From: Guillardia theta CCMP2712
Taxonomy: Eukaryota > Protista > Cryptophyta
DNA: 64,000 nt
NCBI RefSeq assembly: GCF_000315625.1
Contig: NW_005434628.1
Span: 514,362-578,361, forward strand
Direction of reading: 5' to 3'
The translations under genes and the position numbers were made by a program. This document shows positions 25,787 through 37,361 of the stretch, one piece after another. Positions within the stretch are counted from its first letter, which is position 1. Each line of letters opens with the position of its first letter. The notes beneath the pieces were generated by a model. That model did not search any database and was not told the DNA's origin. It saw only the letters and a list, made by a program, of their open reading frames with translations.

Positions 25787-27786
25787 TTACAGGGGGAGCG
25801 ACACAGGCGGGTCGCTAGAGCCCTGGAAACAGCACAAGCCGAGTTTGCGAGGAACAAGAGACGAGAGGGCCAACAAGCAGAGGCGAGAGCTTGAGGAAGA
25901 GCACAGGCTGCAGACGCGCATCACTGACCTCCTCGGTATGACTTGAGCCGGCCAGGACGAGAGCGACGCCATGCCAAGAAGCCGCCGACGCCCTTGATGG
26001 TTTCGATCGACAATCAATACGAGGAACACAAGGTTGAACCCGACAAGGAAAACAAGCAGATGGTAAACATGGTGGCTTACCAACAAGACTGCCAGCCCCG
26101 CTAACGTGCTCGTTGACATCCCCCGCGTCTCCGTCGGCTGCTCCAGCCCGAACTCTCCGTGCGACAGGCTGTACTTGGCTCGCTCCACCGCAACGCCATG
26201 CTGCACGGCCCGCTGCAGGTCTGCCTGCCCCTGCTGCGCACGGTACTTGAAGGGAGCCGGCTCGGTGACGGAGGAGGCGGCGGTGTCTGACCTTGAGGCA
26301 GCGGAGGCTGGCGTGGTGGTGAGCGCATGGCCTGCAGAGGAAGTAAGAAGGAGCGCACGGGGAGCAGAAGCTCCGCTCACTCGGTTGCATGCTTGTTGCC
26401 ATCACTTCATGCAGCATGATCCCCAGCGCCCATTCGATCGGCGTGTCCTGCACCTCCCCGAGCACGCGCATCTTGTACGAGTGCGGGATGCCGATGCCCC
26501 TCTCTGCGCAAACATGAGAGGTGAGGAGGAAGAGGAGGGCAGTGCAAACCCAAGAAGGAGGACAGGTAGGCCATGCTGAAGCAGAGCTTGTTGTCCTTGT
26601 CTTTCTCCATCAGCGGGTACAGCCCGTTCTCCGCCCGCTTCTTGATCGATTCCCACCTTGTCAACGGCATGACAACCACAACGCCTCAGAAGCATGCTCA
26701 CCTCAGGGAGCAGAACTTGGACCCCTCGACTAGGAAGGAGTCTACCGTCACTCCGGTCTCCATGTTGGGCATGCTCAGAGCTCGAGAGCTGTGGAAGAAG
26801 TTCTCGAACAGCACGATGCCCTTGGATTGCTTGCTCTCCCAGAACCGAGGCTGATGGACCCCCGCGAACGAGCAAGGAGGAGTGCTGCACATCTTGTCGG
26901 ATTTGAAAAGACGATCAACGTTCCTCTTGCAATGAGAGAAATTCCCCGTCCCAACCACAGGGCCGCCTGACCTCCCCGCGTACTCGTCGCTCTTGATGGT
27001 CGCGTCTTTCACGTATCCGGCGGGAAAGCAGGGGTCTTGCTCGTCGGTCACCATCTCGTTGTACTTATGTCTCGCTTGCTCCTGACCGAACCCAAGGTAC
27101 GAGTGCACGTAGAGCTTGTAGGTCTGACCGTCCAAGTGCAGCTGATATGTCGTAGGATAGCTGTCCTCCTCGCTAGCCACCTCCCGTCCGATTTGCACAG
27201 TCACTTGAGCCGAAGCTCCCCCCATCTCGATGGTGCCCACCGTTCCCAGCGAAGCGTCCACCATTCCTTCAAGCCGTTTGAGCAGGAAGTTCAGGCTTAG
27301 CCACCCGAACGCTCCCTCGTCCTGTCCAGATATGATTGAAATCTTCTCGCGCTTGATCAGAAACGGCGAGTTCTTCGACATGTAATCGTAGCAGCTGTCA
27401 AGGATCAGCTTAGCTGTCTCGGTAGGCACCATTCTCAGCCCTGCAGTGGCGGCCAGGCGTACTGGGGTAGTGGCGTGAAAGTTTTTCGGGACATTCTCCA
27501 TCGCGAACGCGATCAGTCCGGCCAAGGACGCTCCAGCATCGCTGGGGTTGGAGGCGAAGGAGGACAAGCCAGGGCTTTTCTTGAGCTTCTTGTCGGGGAG
27601 AGAGATGGTAGGAAGTAACTCTCCTCGGGCAAAAAAGTATCGGTAGATGTGGATACGGCAACCGCTGCTTCCTGCATCGATCACAATGTAGTACTTGACA
27701 GCCTCCCCAGCTTCATCTCCTATGGTCGTCTGCGAAAAGAGCAGAAGCAGCAAGGGCAACAAAAGGGAGAAGCCCTTCCTCATCAT
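25787..27786 (-). CDS. GDA1/CD39-family apyrase (NTPDase) with a signal peptide and a C-terminal TM segment
   Basis: Apyrase conserved regions IVIDAGSSGCRIHIY, LAATAGLRM, ISGQDEGAFGWLSLN, GTIEMGGASAQV and LYVHSYLGFG, then CSFAGVHQP, CFSMAYL and IEWALG across short introns. Confidence 0.95.
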
Positions 27787-28139
27787 TGCACCAACAAGGC
27801 CCCTAAAACCACTCCCACATCGCCACCTGTTCGCGATACCAGTCAGCGATACATGCCCTTCAATACATGCACTTCAATACATCCCCAGGGGAGAGCCCCT
27901 ATCATTACCCACCATTTGTTCATCTTCACACCTCCCATCTCCCTCCTTCCCCCTATGTCATTTCTACTATTCAAAGCGTCGTCTGAAACACTTGCTTTTT
28001 CATCCGTTTTTCCACTATCAACCTTCTAATGCAGCAAAGATCCAGTCCAACCGAGTTTACTTCTCTTCCTGTCCATGATTCCAAAAATCCTCTATGACCC
28101 TTACTGACTCTACTCCCTCCTCCATGTCAGTTACTCAAC

Positions 28140-28332
28140 CCCTCTTACTCCTATTCCTGTTTCCTCAACCCCTCTTACTCCTACTCCTACTCCTACTCCT
28201 ACTCCTACTCCTACTCCTACTCCTATTGCTCAGGATAGCAGTACTCCTGTTACTACTGCTGTCACTACTGCTGTTACTACTGCTGTTACTACTGCTGTTA
28301 CTACTGCTGTTACTACTGCTGTTACTACTACT
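28140..28332. repeat. (CTACTC)n and (CTACTGCTGTTA)n microsatellites
   Basis: Direct inspection. Confidence 0.9.
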
Positions 28333-29296
28333 GATCCTACGTCACTACAAGTGCCATCTGTCCTACAGCCTCCTTCACTTCCCGCTCATGCCACATCCTC
28401 ACGTAGAGACCCCTACCCCCTCAATTTGTCCCTTCCCTACCCTACCCTCACACCACGGACCCCCCTTCAGAAGGAACCCCACCCTGGATTCAAGCCTAGT
28501 CTAACCCGTCATGCATAACACATTGTAACCACCCCACCCATGTTGGGGATGTCCAACTCCTCCACGCTATCTTCTTGACTACCCTACCCCTCTTTCCTCC
28601 TGCATCCTACCCCCATGTGGGAGCTCAAACGGCGGAGGTGTAGCTATTGGGGTCATTTACCAGGGGTAGTATTGATATGCTGGTAAACGCATATGGAGGG
28701 GTGGTGAATGAACTCCATCCTCGATATGTGACATGGCCTTGAATCATGGGGTCCACGAGGGTGCGGGTGCCTGGGGTAGGGTGAGGGTAAGGGGTGGGGT
28801 AGGCAAGAGGGTGACCAACCTGCTGGGCGGGTGTGGAATGAGAGAGTCCCTCGTCACCGCGCAGGCCCCCTGGAAGCTGAATGAGTGGAAATGCTGATGA
28901 GACTGCGAGGAGGGAGGGAGAAGAGAGAAGAGGAGGACGCAAGAGGGAGGGAGAGAGAGAATTAAGAACGATCACTACGTGAAAGTGAAACATCTTCGTT
29001 GGGGAAGTGTTCTACCTGAAGGAAACCATTGAATTCGATGCAAGGACGTCACAGCAAGTCACCATTCAAACGCACGAGGTTACCGAGGTGGAGTAGGGAG
29101 TGGATGTAAGAACAAGCTAGGATAGGAAACTAGATAGATGGCAAACCATGATGAACGGAGGGAGGAGGAGTGGATAAGGGCAAGAAAGAAATCAGGGTTG
29201 CCATCTACAGTGGAGATATTGGGATTCGATGCCCACATGCACACACATGTGGGAAGCTGGAAGAAGTTCAAGGACTGAGTGGATCGCAGGACTAGT

Positions 29297-32157
29297 ATGA
29301 GCAGACAAGGGCATCATCCTTATGCAAGACCTTCGCCACAAAAGGTAGAGCCCCTTGGATTGTAACTGATTGTCCACTCCTCTTACACCTTTGGGCAGGG
29401 GGAACCTCAACAACCAGGTCATATCAGCATTGTCCTCAATACTCCCCTTCTCCTCTCCCCAGCCCCATGTCCCTCCTCACCCCGCTTCTCCCCACATCCC
29501 ACCATGCCTTCCTTCTCCTTCCGGCCCCTCCTCCCCAAGCTCTTGCCCGTCCCCCCTCGCCTCATTGTAGTGATACTCCATAGGTCTCTTGTAACTTCGA
29601 TTGCAGAATCTCGACCAGGTGGCGATGGCAGCGTGGGCAAGTGGCGGAGCGCGAGCAACTTTTCAGGTTTTCATGCACATGAGGGCTGGTCTCTGAATGA
29701 TGCCGTTTGTCTGACTCATCCCTCTCGTCAGATCGCCCACCCCCCTCGATGGAACTTCACCCTGAGACGAAGAGGTGATAGCAGCCTGAAGACGTTTCTC
29801 TCTTCTTGTCCTGCTCGAACTTCTTCCCCTGCTGCGTTGCATCTTCTTTCCTCGTTTTCTCCTCCCTACCGCATATGTATCTGTGCACGATCCCTTCAGT
29901 CTTTCTCCTCTGACTCATGTTTCAGTGGTTTCGATAGATATCCGTCTCCCTCTCGAGGAGCTCCGCGTGCAGAACTTGACCATATGTCGTCTCCTCGAGG
30001 GCCTGATAGAGGGGCAGGAGGAGGAGGAGGGACAGGAGCAAATTCCGGCATCGATGGTCGGAGAGAGAGCTGGGGTCGAGAAGATTTCAAGTCTCCCAGG
30101 TTCAGGGATGCACCAGGTTTCTACTCCTACGGACGTGGTGGACATGTTCCCCACGACGTGCACGGCAGGAGGGACGTGCCGGGTCCGAGGTCCTCTGCAG
30201 ATCCCAAGAATCCTCTGAGCTCGGGTGGACCTCCACTCGTGCCCAACCAGGGTCCTCCCCCACCGTACCCCCATGCTCACGGCCCTCCTCCTGGGTATTC
30301 TCATCCTCCTCCCCATCCCCATGGACCTCCTCCTGGTTTCCCTCATCAAGGCCCACATTTCCCTCATCAGCCTCACTTCTCCCAGCAGTACCTTCACCCT
30401 ATGCATGCTCCAATGCACCCCCACCACCAGCAGCCAAGGCAGGGCTTGTCTTCGGCCCCTCAAACCCCATCCCTGCAACAGCCAGCAAGACCCCCCAATT
30501 TTCAACAGGCGCATCCAGCCAAGCAGACGCCATCGCAGCCGCAGCAGTGGCAGCATGAACAAGCAGTTCCTCCTCCCCGCAGCTCTGATCCAAGCGTGCA
30601 AGGGGTCTCGTATAATCCTCCCAAGCCTAACCCATCGCTTGCTCAGCAACCGCAGCCGCCACCGGCGTACCAGAGCAGGTTTAGCTATGCTCCTCCTTAC
30701 GGTTCTAGCCAGCAGAAGCCTCCTTACCCTGGTCAGGGACAAGTCGTGGGATCAGGTGGCGATCGGAGTTGGCAAGGCAATGCCAGCCCACGCAGCGGTT
30801 GGGACCAAGGAGGAAGAGGAAAGCAAGGAAATTGGGATCAGCAGCATCCGGCTGCGCCATCAGAGGAGAAGGCAGCGGCTGGCGAGGGTTTGGGGGCAGG
30901 CAACGAGGGCAGCGACAAGAAGATGGACAAGACGTTGCAGGACAGCAATCGAAATCTACAGGTGAACATCCCAAACAACCCTCACGTGCCGGGCTCGCCT
31001 CGCACGCCCTTTCGCACCGGTCACAACAACTTCTCTCAGTCGCCGCACGCAAACTCGGCGAGCTCGACGAGTACAGGTGACGTGGCATCTCCCCAGATAG
31101 GTGCTGGTGGATGACTTGTGCCTCAAGACTTGGCGAGCGCGTCAGCTCCGGGACCTGCAGGTTCAGGTACGTCTGACAAGCTTTGAGACGCGAAACGGTG
31201 ACGTTGAAGTCAGCCCAGCAGAGTCACAGCTCGACTTCCGGCTTCTCCTCCGGCACCAGTGAGCCTTCTCCTCTTACCCTCGGCCCCTCGCAGGCTTCAC
31301 GGATGGGCTTCAGCCCTCACCCAGGGTTCCCCCCAGGCGTCACGGGTCTGAAGCATGAGCGGCAAGCAGGAGGTTGACATCGCTGACAGGCACCCCCACA
31401 CGAGTAGCAGCCTTGAGGCAACAGGTACCACTTCCTCCTCCTCCTCCTCCTCCTCGCCTCTGGCTCCACCTCATCGTCCTCTTCAGGGCTCGATTGCCCC
31501 AGGCAGCCCGCGAACAATGTGAGCTGCTGATTCTCGGCTGAGTTCATCTCACCCTCATCACCACAAGGTCTCCTGTACCTAGCGGCTCCAACCCAGGGAC
31601 TCCCAGGATGATTCCTCAGGTCGTCTTGCTCGCTTCTCCTCTGTCCCCTCACGCTGCTGCAGGCCTCTCCCTCGGATGTCGTGTGTTGTTGAGCGACGGC
31701 TCGCGGGATTGACTGACTCTCTCACCAGGCTCAGACGCCGAGAGCCGAGCTCTCAGTCTTCTGCTCGCTTCCTAGCGGGTTGTCGGAAGAGGTTAGGAGC
31801 CGTGTCCAAGCGATATCAGGTTACAATGAGCAGGTGGACAAGCTGGAGATTCAGCTGAGGATGGCTCGGAATGAGCTCAAGGAGCTGCAGGTGAGTCACA
31901 AGAGTAGATTGTAGTGTAAAATAGGCGTGTGAACAAGGCGTGGTGACTTGAGGGCTGGGGCAGGCAAAATCATTCGATGCGCTTGTGAACAGGAAGAGAG
32001 CTGAGTTCAACGTTCTTTCTGCCGAGCTTGAGGTTGAGAGTCGAGATGATGTTGTGGTGTCGGTGATTTGATTTCACAGCTCGAGATTGCAGACGAAGTC
32101 TACAAAAAGATTCAAGAGAAACTGGACGAACTTCAATATGAAGCTTTGAATTCATGA
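29297..32157 (+). CDS. Pro/Gly/Gln/His-rich intrinsically disordered protein with a C-terminal coiled coil (multi-exon)
   Basis: Phase-consistent 5' exons MSRQGHHPYARPSPQK|GEPQQP|ESRPGG...|DRPPPSMELHPETK|SGFDRYPSP lead into the long Pro-rich exon. 3' exons give YNEQVDKLEIQLRMARNELKELQ|AKSFDALVNRKRAEFNVLSAELE|LEIADEVYKKIQEKLDELQYEALNS*. Confidence 0.7.
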
Positions 32158-32199
32158 ATGAAATTTAAAAATATGAGAGTTTGAACCACGGTTTCTGAT

Positions 32200-33669
32200 G
32201 GTATCCATGATTGCTCAGCTCTTGGTACCTTCAAGGGTCCACCTTTCAGCTTTTTACGGTACTCAAAGTTTCTCGGCATCTGCATGACGTCAGCCCTGGC
32301 AACAACCAGCGTGTCAACCTGTGGCAGGGAGGGCGATCGGGCGGGCACACGTGACGTGTCAGGTGCCTACGCAGGCAAGTCAAGCAAGCTAGCAAAGGCC
32401 TTTTGCGTCACCGTCGCCAAAGTCGAAGGCGCGAAGACAAGAAGGCGGCGCGGGTTTTGTCTTGGAAGCCATGCTGGAAAGCACCAATGAGAGAGTAGTG
32501 CAAGCATGCCGTGCTACCACAAGGTCCGACCGCCAAGCCTTGCGGCTTGACGTCAGGAGCTTCCATGCATTCATGGTGACGCGTTGACGGAAGACGCACT
32601 GTCGAACCTCGTCCATATGTGAGAAGAGCAGCAGCGGGAAGATTGTGTCTACCTCGATCACATGACGACAAGATCTGAGACGGCTTCGGCTCAAGCAAGT
32701 CGCTTTCAGTTCTCGCAGAATCGTCATCAACCTATCTCGTGTTCGCCGGAATTGAAGTCGCTCAACCTCCTATTTCACTGAGTGTCAGCACCAACCAAGC
32801 CACCACTCTCCATGCCCTCACTTGCATCATTCGTGATGAGTGCTGCAGCTTTTCCTTTTGCATGTGTCAGGTCATCACACATAGATCATCTTTCTTACGT
32901 ATTCGCACAATGCTGATGTTCTCCGCAAGAAAGCGACAAAAACTTCGCGCGCCATTGTCGCCTCTTCTTGAGGCATGTAGGAATCGTCATCACCATGGCC
33001 TTGGATCTGATCGCCGTGTTCCTTTACCATCGTCGATCGGTCTGACGCCACTTTGATCTCTTCGCCCTCTGCGCGTGAAATCTGAGGCGAGGGAGGAGAC
33101 GCTTCGTGGATTTCACAGTGGCTATTTGATTCCGTGACTGAACTGACAGCTTCTTCAGCTGTACAACACTCTGACGCATGCTTGTTGGGCGACTCGACGA
33201 ATCTGTCTTGATTCACTTCACTCCATACTTCACTCAATGAATGCTGACGCTCTGGCAGCTCAGAAATTTCCTTGAGGCCGTGCAGTCGTTTACTCCTTGC
33301 TAGGAGAACTCGATCAATGTGTGGGTATTGCGATCTTCTAGTTGCCTGTACTTGTATGGGGTCAACCAAGCCACTCCATCGACTCAACAATAGTTCGCTC
33401 TTGATCTCTTTCACTTGCGACTTGTCAATTTTCACAAGTTTATATGCATGCGATTGCGATTGTGCATGCATGGGGCTCGGTGTGGATTCAAGAAGAGAGA
33501 TGAGGTGAAGCCGATGCTTTTCGCTCTGGAAAGACTGCATCAAGTTTGCATACAAACCATCACTTGTTCGACAAATCTCATTGCAACGATACTGACTCGC
33601 CTTCAAGAAAGAAGAGAATACTTGTGCTTGTTGCATGAACTCATTGATTACACAATTGTCTCCGTTCAT
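32200..33669 (-). CDS. Hypothetical protein (probably multi-exon)
   Basis: 264-aa ATG ORF at 32875-33669 with further open segments downstream. No family recognised; 3' end uncertain. Confidence 0.45.
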
Positions 33670-34385
33670 GATTTCTGGTGTTGATATGAGAAACAGATGA
33701 TGTAGACGAGAGGTAGATTCGTTAGTATTGATAGAAAGAGGACAGGCAGGAAGTTGTGGTGCCTGACATCGAAGTGTACAACATCACGGAGGATGAGGAT
33801 GACGATGGAGAGAGACTGGGACGACCTCGGGGTGGGTTAGAGGAGAAAGAGGTTGATGTGGAGGAGGAGATCGCCTTGCTTTCCGCCAAATACTGGTTCC
33901 GATTCGAACAAAGAAATTGAAAAAAAAGAAAACTAAAATAAAAAAAAAGATAACTAACCACTGTAAAACTCATGCCAAGTTTTACTTCACTTTCTAGAGA
34001 GACTCCTGACGAGTTGCCTGTTGGACTTGAAGAGAAGACGTTCGACTCAAGAACAGGTTGGAATCGCGTTCAAGTTTGAGTTCAACACGGCTATCTGAAC
34101 ATGTTGTTCAAGTTTGAGTTCAACACGGCTATCTGAACATGTTGGTTTGGCAAACGTGCACCGCTGCAGGACCCATCAAAGAATGCGATCGCTACATCTT
34201 TTGCTAAACAACAATTACTTTACTGTTAATTGCCATTGGAAATTGCTTTCGAATGCCGGCCGAGCGAATTCCACACTGTGTGAGACAAGTAATGGCGAAT
34301 TCTGTTTTCTGGTTCAGAAAGCGAGATATGTATCCATATTTTACTCATACAGATTAATGTCAGGGGTGTGCACAGGATGTCAGAA

Positions 34386-35535
34386 TCACTTTCTTCGTGA
34401 ATGTCCTTTTTGTCTTCGCTCTTTTCCTGGTCGTTGTCCTTTGCCTTTCTTGGGCTTCCCTTTGAAGTCAGGTTTCTTGACTCCTGCAACACAAGAGGCC
34501 GTGAGAAGAAATCATACAACGAAGCATCGAAATTTTCAATGCGACAAAACCTGGAGGCAGCTGCTTGTTCCTCTTGGCAGAAAATTCAGACATGTCATGC
34601 GAGCTTTCAAACGTATTTCTCTTTGCTAGAGTCCTTGCTCTTCCTCCTCTCCCATACCTGTATGCAGAAATTAGGAAGCTTGGCAATCAAGCATCGTATC
34701 TTCACTTCTTATCGGCCGCAACTCTCTTGGCAGATTTTCGAGGAGAAGCGTCACTGAATCTTCCCTTCTTCTCATTGACGAATTCTTCCAGACCCTTCTT
34801 CTTTTCTCGAGAACCTGCAAAACTCAAGAGTTCCTCTTCCTTGTCCATGTCTTTCTGCAAACTTTGATTCTTCCTCCATTTTGAAATGCTTTCCAGCTCA
34901 TCCTTCTTTCTTTTGTCCTTCTCAATCTTTCGCTCAACTTGTAGTGCCTTGCCGTACTTCTTGGCTTCTCTCTGCTTCCTGCGGATTTCTGCCGCCTCGA
35001 CCTTTGCGGATTGCTCAATTAGCTGTTTTTTCACCTTGAGCATGTGGTCATCCGTTTTTACCATCTCAGCATAGAAGTCTTTTGGTCTTTCATAAGGAAT
35101 CCCTGAGCTTTTGCACATTTCTTGACAATCCTTCACACCTGCAAGTGCAATGTCGTAGAACGCCAGCTCTCGTTTCAAGTCGTCATTCACATCTTCAACC
35201 AGCGACTCTGCAGTAGTGCGTGCAGTGACACAGAATGTTTCTACCCAAGGAACTTTCTGTTTCCCTCCCAGGACAATGTCGCCCAGCTTCTCCATGATAA
35301 GCCCGGTGTTGTTGATCTTGGGCATGCTGGCTGTCGCTGTCGCCAGAAGAGCGGCCTTCTCCATCTCAAACTCCTCCTCGTCATCCTCCTCGTCGTCTTC
35401 GTCCTCCTCGTCCTCATCGTGACCTCCCCCATGCTCTTGGTCTTCTTCTTCACTGTCGTATTCGGATCCGTCAACCACCTCTATCTCCTCCTCCTCCTCC
35501 TCCTCCTCCTCCTCCTTCGAACTTTTCTTCCGCAT
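34386..35535 (-). CDS. EBP2: rRNA-processing protein EBP2 (EBNA1BP2), 3 exons
   Basis: Acidic N-terminus, then PWVET, VNDDLKRELAFY, IPYERPKDFYAEMVKTDDHMLKVKKQL and RKQREAKKYGKALQVE. The spliced C-terminus ends ...GQRPGKERRQKGHSRRK*. Confidence 0.95.
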
Positions 35536-35619
35536 GATCACGCGCACGTGAAGTCGTTTCGCCCGCACACCTTTTGCGATTAGACTACCCCCTTTGATTA
35601 CTGTCAAACTACCGGCTCT

Positions 35620-36060
35620 TCTAGGGTCACCGTGGACCCGGCGCCACCCCGCGGCCCGGCCCGGCCACACGCCCGCCGGCGGCGGCCCGGGACCGCACGC
35701 CGCCGCCGGGTCACGGCACGGTTTGCCAGCACTGGCCGGTCCTAAAGGTCCGATCCGACCGTCTGAGCCCGGCCCGGCCCGGTCACTCAGTGCCACCGTC
35801 CGTGAGCGGCCCGAGTGCCCGGCAGCGGGGCCGGCCTGTGCACTGTGACTCAGCGCCAGCGGCGGGCGGGGGCACCGTGGCCCCGGGTGTACGTAAGTCT
35901 CACGCGGGGGGGCCGGGGCCACATTTGAAATGCTAGTATATGAGTCGGACTATCTGACCTTCAAGCAACGTGGCGGCCGCGGCCCCCGGGCCCCCCGCCG
36001 GGGGTGACGGTCGTCACACACCGAGGCGCCGTGCCGCCGCTGGGCGGCTGGGCGGCCAGT
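35620..36060. promoter_or_regulatory. GGCC/CCGG island upstream of EBP2
   Basis: About 440 bp of GGCCCGGCCGG-type palindromic words plus GTCAC/ACTCAG/TGAGTC, starting about 85 bp upstream of the EBP2 ATG. Confidence 0.4.
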
Positions 36061-37361
36061 TTTCCTTTTTTTGTTTAATTTTGATAGCTAAACGTGACGA
36101 CACAAACCATAAAATTTCAAAATGTTCAGAACATGTCGTGCTGGTAGAGACATGTAGCAGTGACCGGACTCTCCTGCCACCGATTGTCCTCGTACTGATT
36201 TTTAACTTAACTTTGAGTAAAGTGACCGGACAATGAAAAGACTATTCATAGCAGCATTGTCCATCGCGAGACTACTTGATACGGTCCGACGGTCTTTTAC
36301 CGTTCGGGGTGTCTACCACACCGCGATCTCGACGTCACGGTTTTTGAGATCTCAAGCATTATACATAATACCCTGAGCTTATGTATAATACATAATTCTC
36401 GTGACTGCTCCTCAAATGGCAGAGGGGAAACATGCAGGGTTCGAGAGTGAAGGGGTGGGGGTGATAGGCATGCTGGAGAATAATGGGGTACAGGGAGTAT
36501 GTCAGTGGGGGTAGCGACTTTTCGAAGTAGTTTCTGGGGGTGGGGTAATCAAAAGAAAGAAGAGGACTCTGGCAGAGCGGCGGAGGCAAAGCGAAATGGT
36601 CGTGAGGTAGCGGAGCATACGACCACATTCCTCTGCATGTCGTGCGGGAGGCGGAGACAGATTGCTGCAGACCAGCATAAGTCGCCAGAAGACTTGTCCA
36701 ATAGCATCGTCATTCACTGTGTCAACGATTCATAGGTCGGTGTTCATGGTTTGCTTGTGCACAACCATGCTGATTGTGGAAATGCTTTGATTTCCTGCCA
36801 CAATGATAATGCTCCCGAAGCTATTCAGAGTCACATGCATTTGTACTACCTCAAAGAACATTCCTTGTTATCTGTGTTAGTGTACACTTTCATCACTACC
36901 TGATTGTATTTACAGGGGATAAAACTGGGTTTGCCACCTTTTCGAAGACGTTTGCAAGAAAGTAAGAAACCATGCTCAATCTATGTGACGAAATAATGCG
37001 AACCCAAAGCCGTTGATGAGCCCTTCAACAATGTCTTCCACTTGATGTTCAGTGATGAAATTTGCCATCACCGTCCTGCTATCTGACTGGCTTTGACGAA
37101 GTTTCACAATCTGAATACCTCCACGAATGTATTGCAATCTGATGTGCTTTTATGCTTATTTAGGAAAACAAATGGAGATGGTGCGCTCGCCTCGCCTCGA
37201 CATACAAAATCGTGTCGTTGCCAACCATCATTTTACATGAAGTGAAAACGCTTTCAAGCTTTCGCGCTTCACGCCGGTTTAGAATACATTATTTGGTTTG
37301 AGATGGTTCGAATCTCATCATTCTTCTGGGTGTAGATTTTTCGTAATGCATATATGAGCAC

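Noticed and set aside
33722-33920. Acidic coding-like stretch on the + strand (DIEVYNITEDEDDDG...)
   Set aside because: No start or splice structure could be supported and no family was recognised.
35536-35922. N-terminal Pro/Gly/Ala-rich extension of EBP2 in the ORF track
   Set aside because: Readthrough of the stop-poor GC island from a non-ATG start; the plausible start is the ATG at 35535.
36590-37300. Possible multi-exon + strand gene downstream of the G-rich tract
   Set aside because: A consistent reading frame could not be built by eye.
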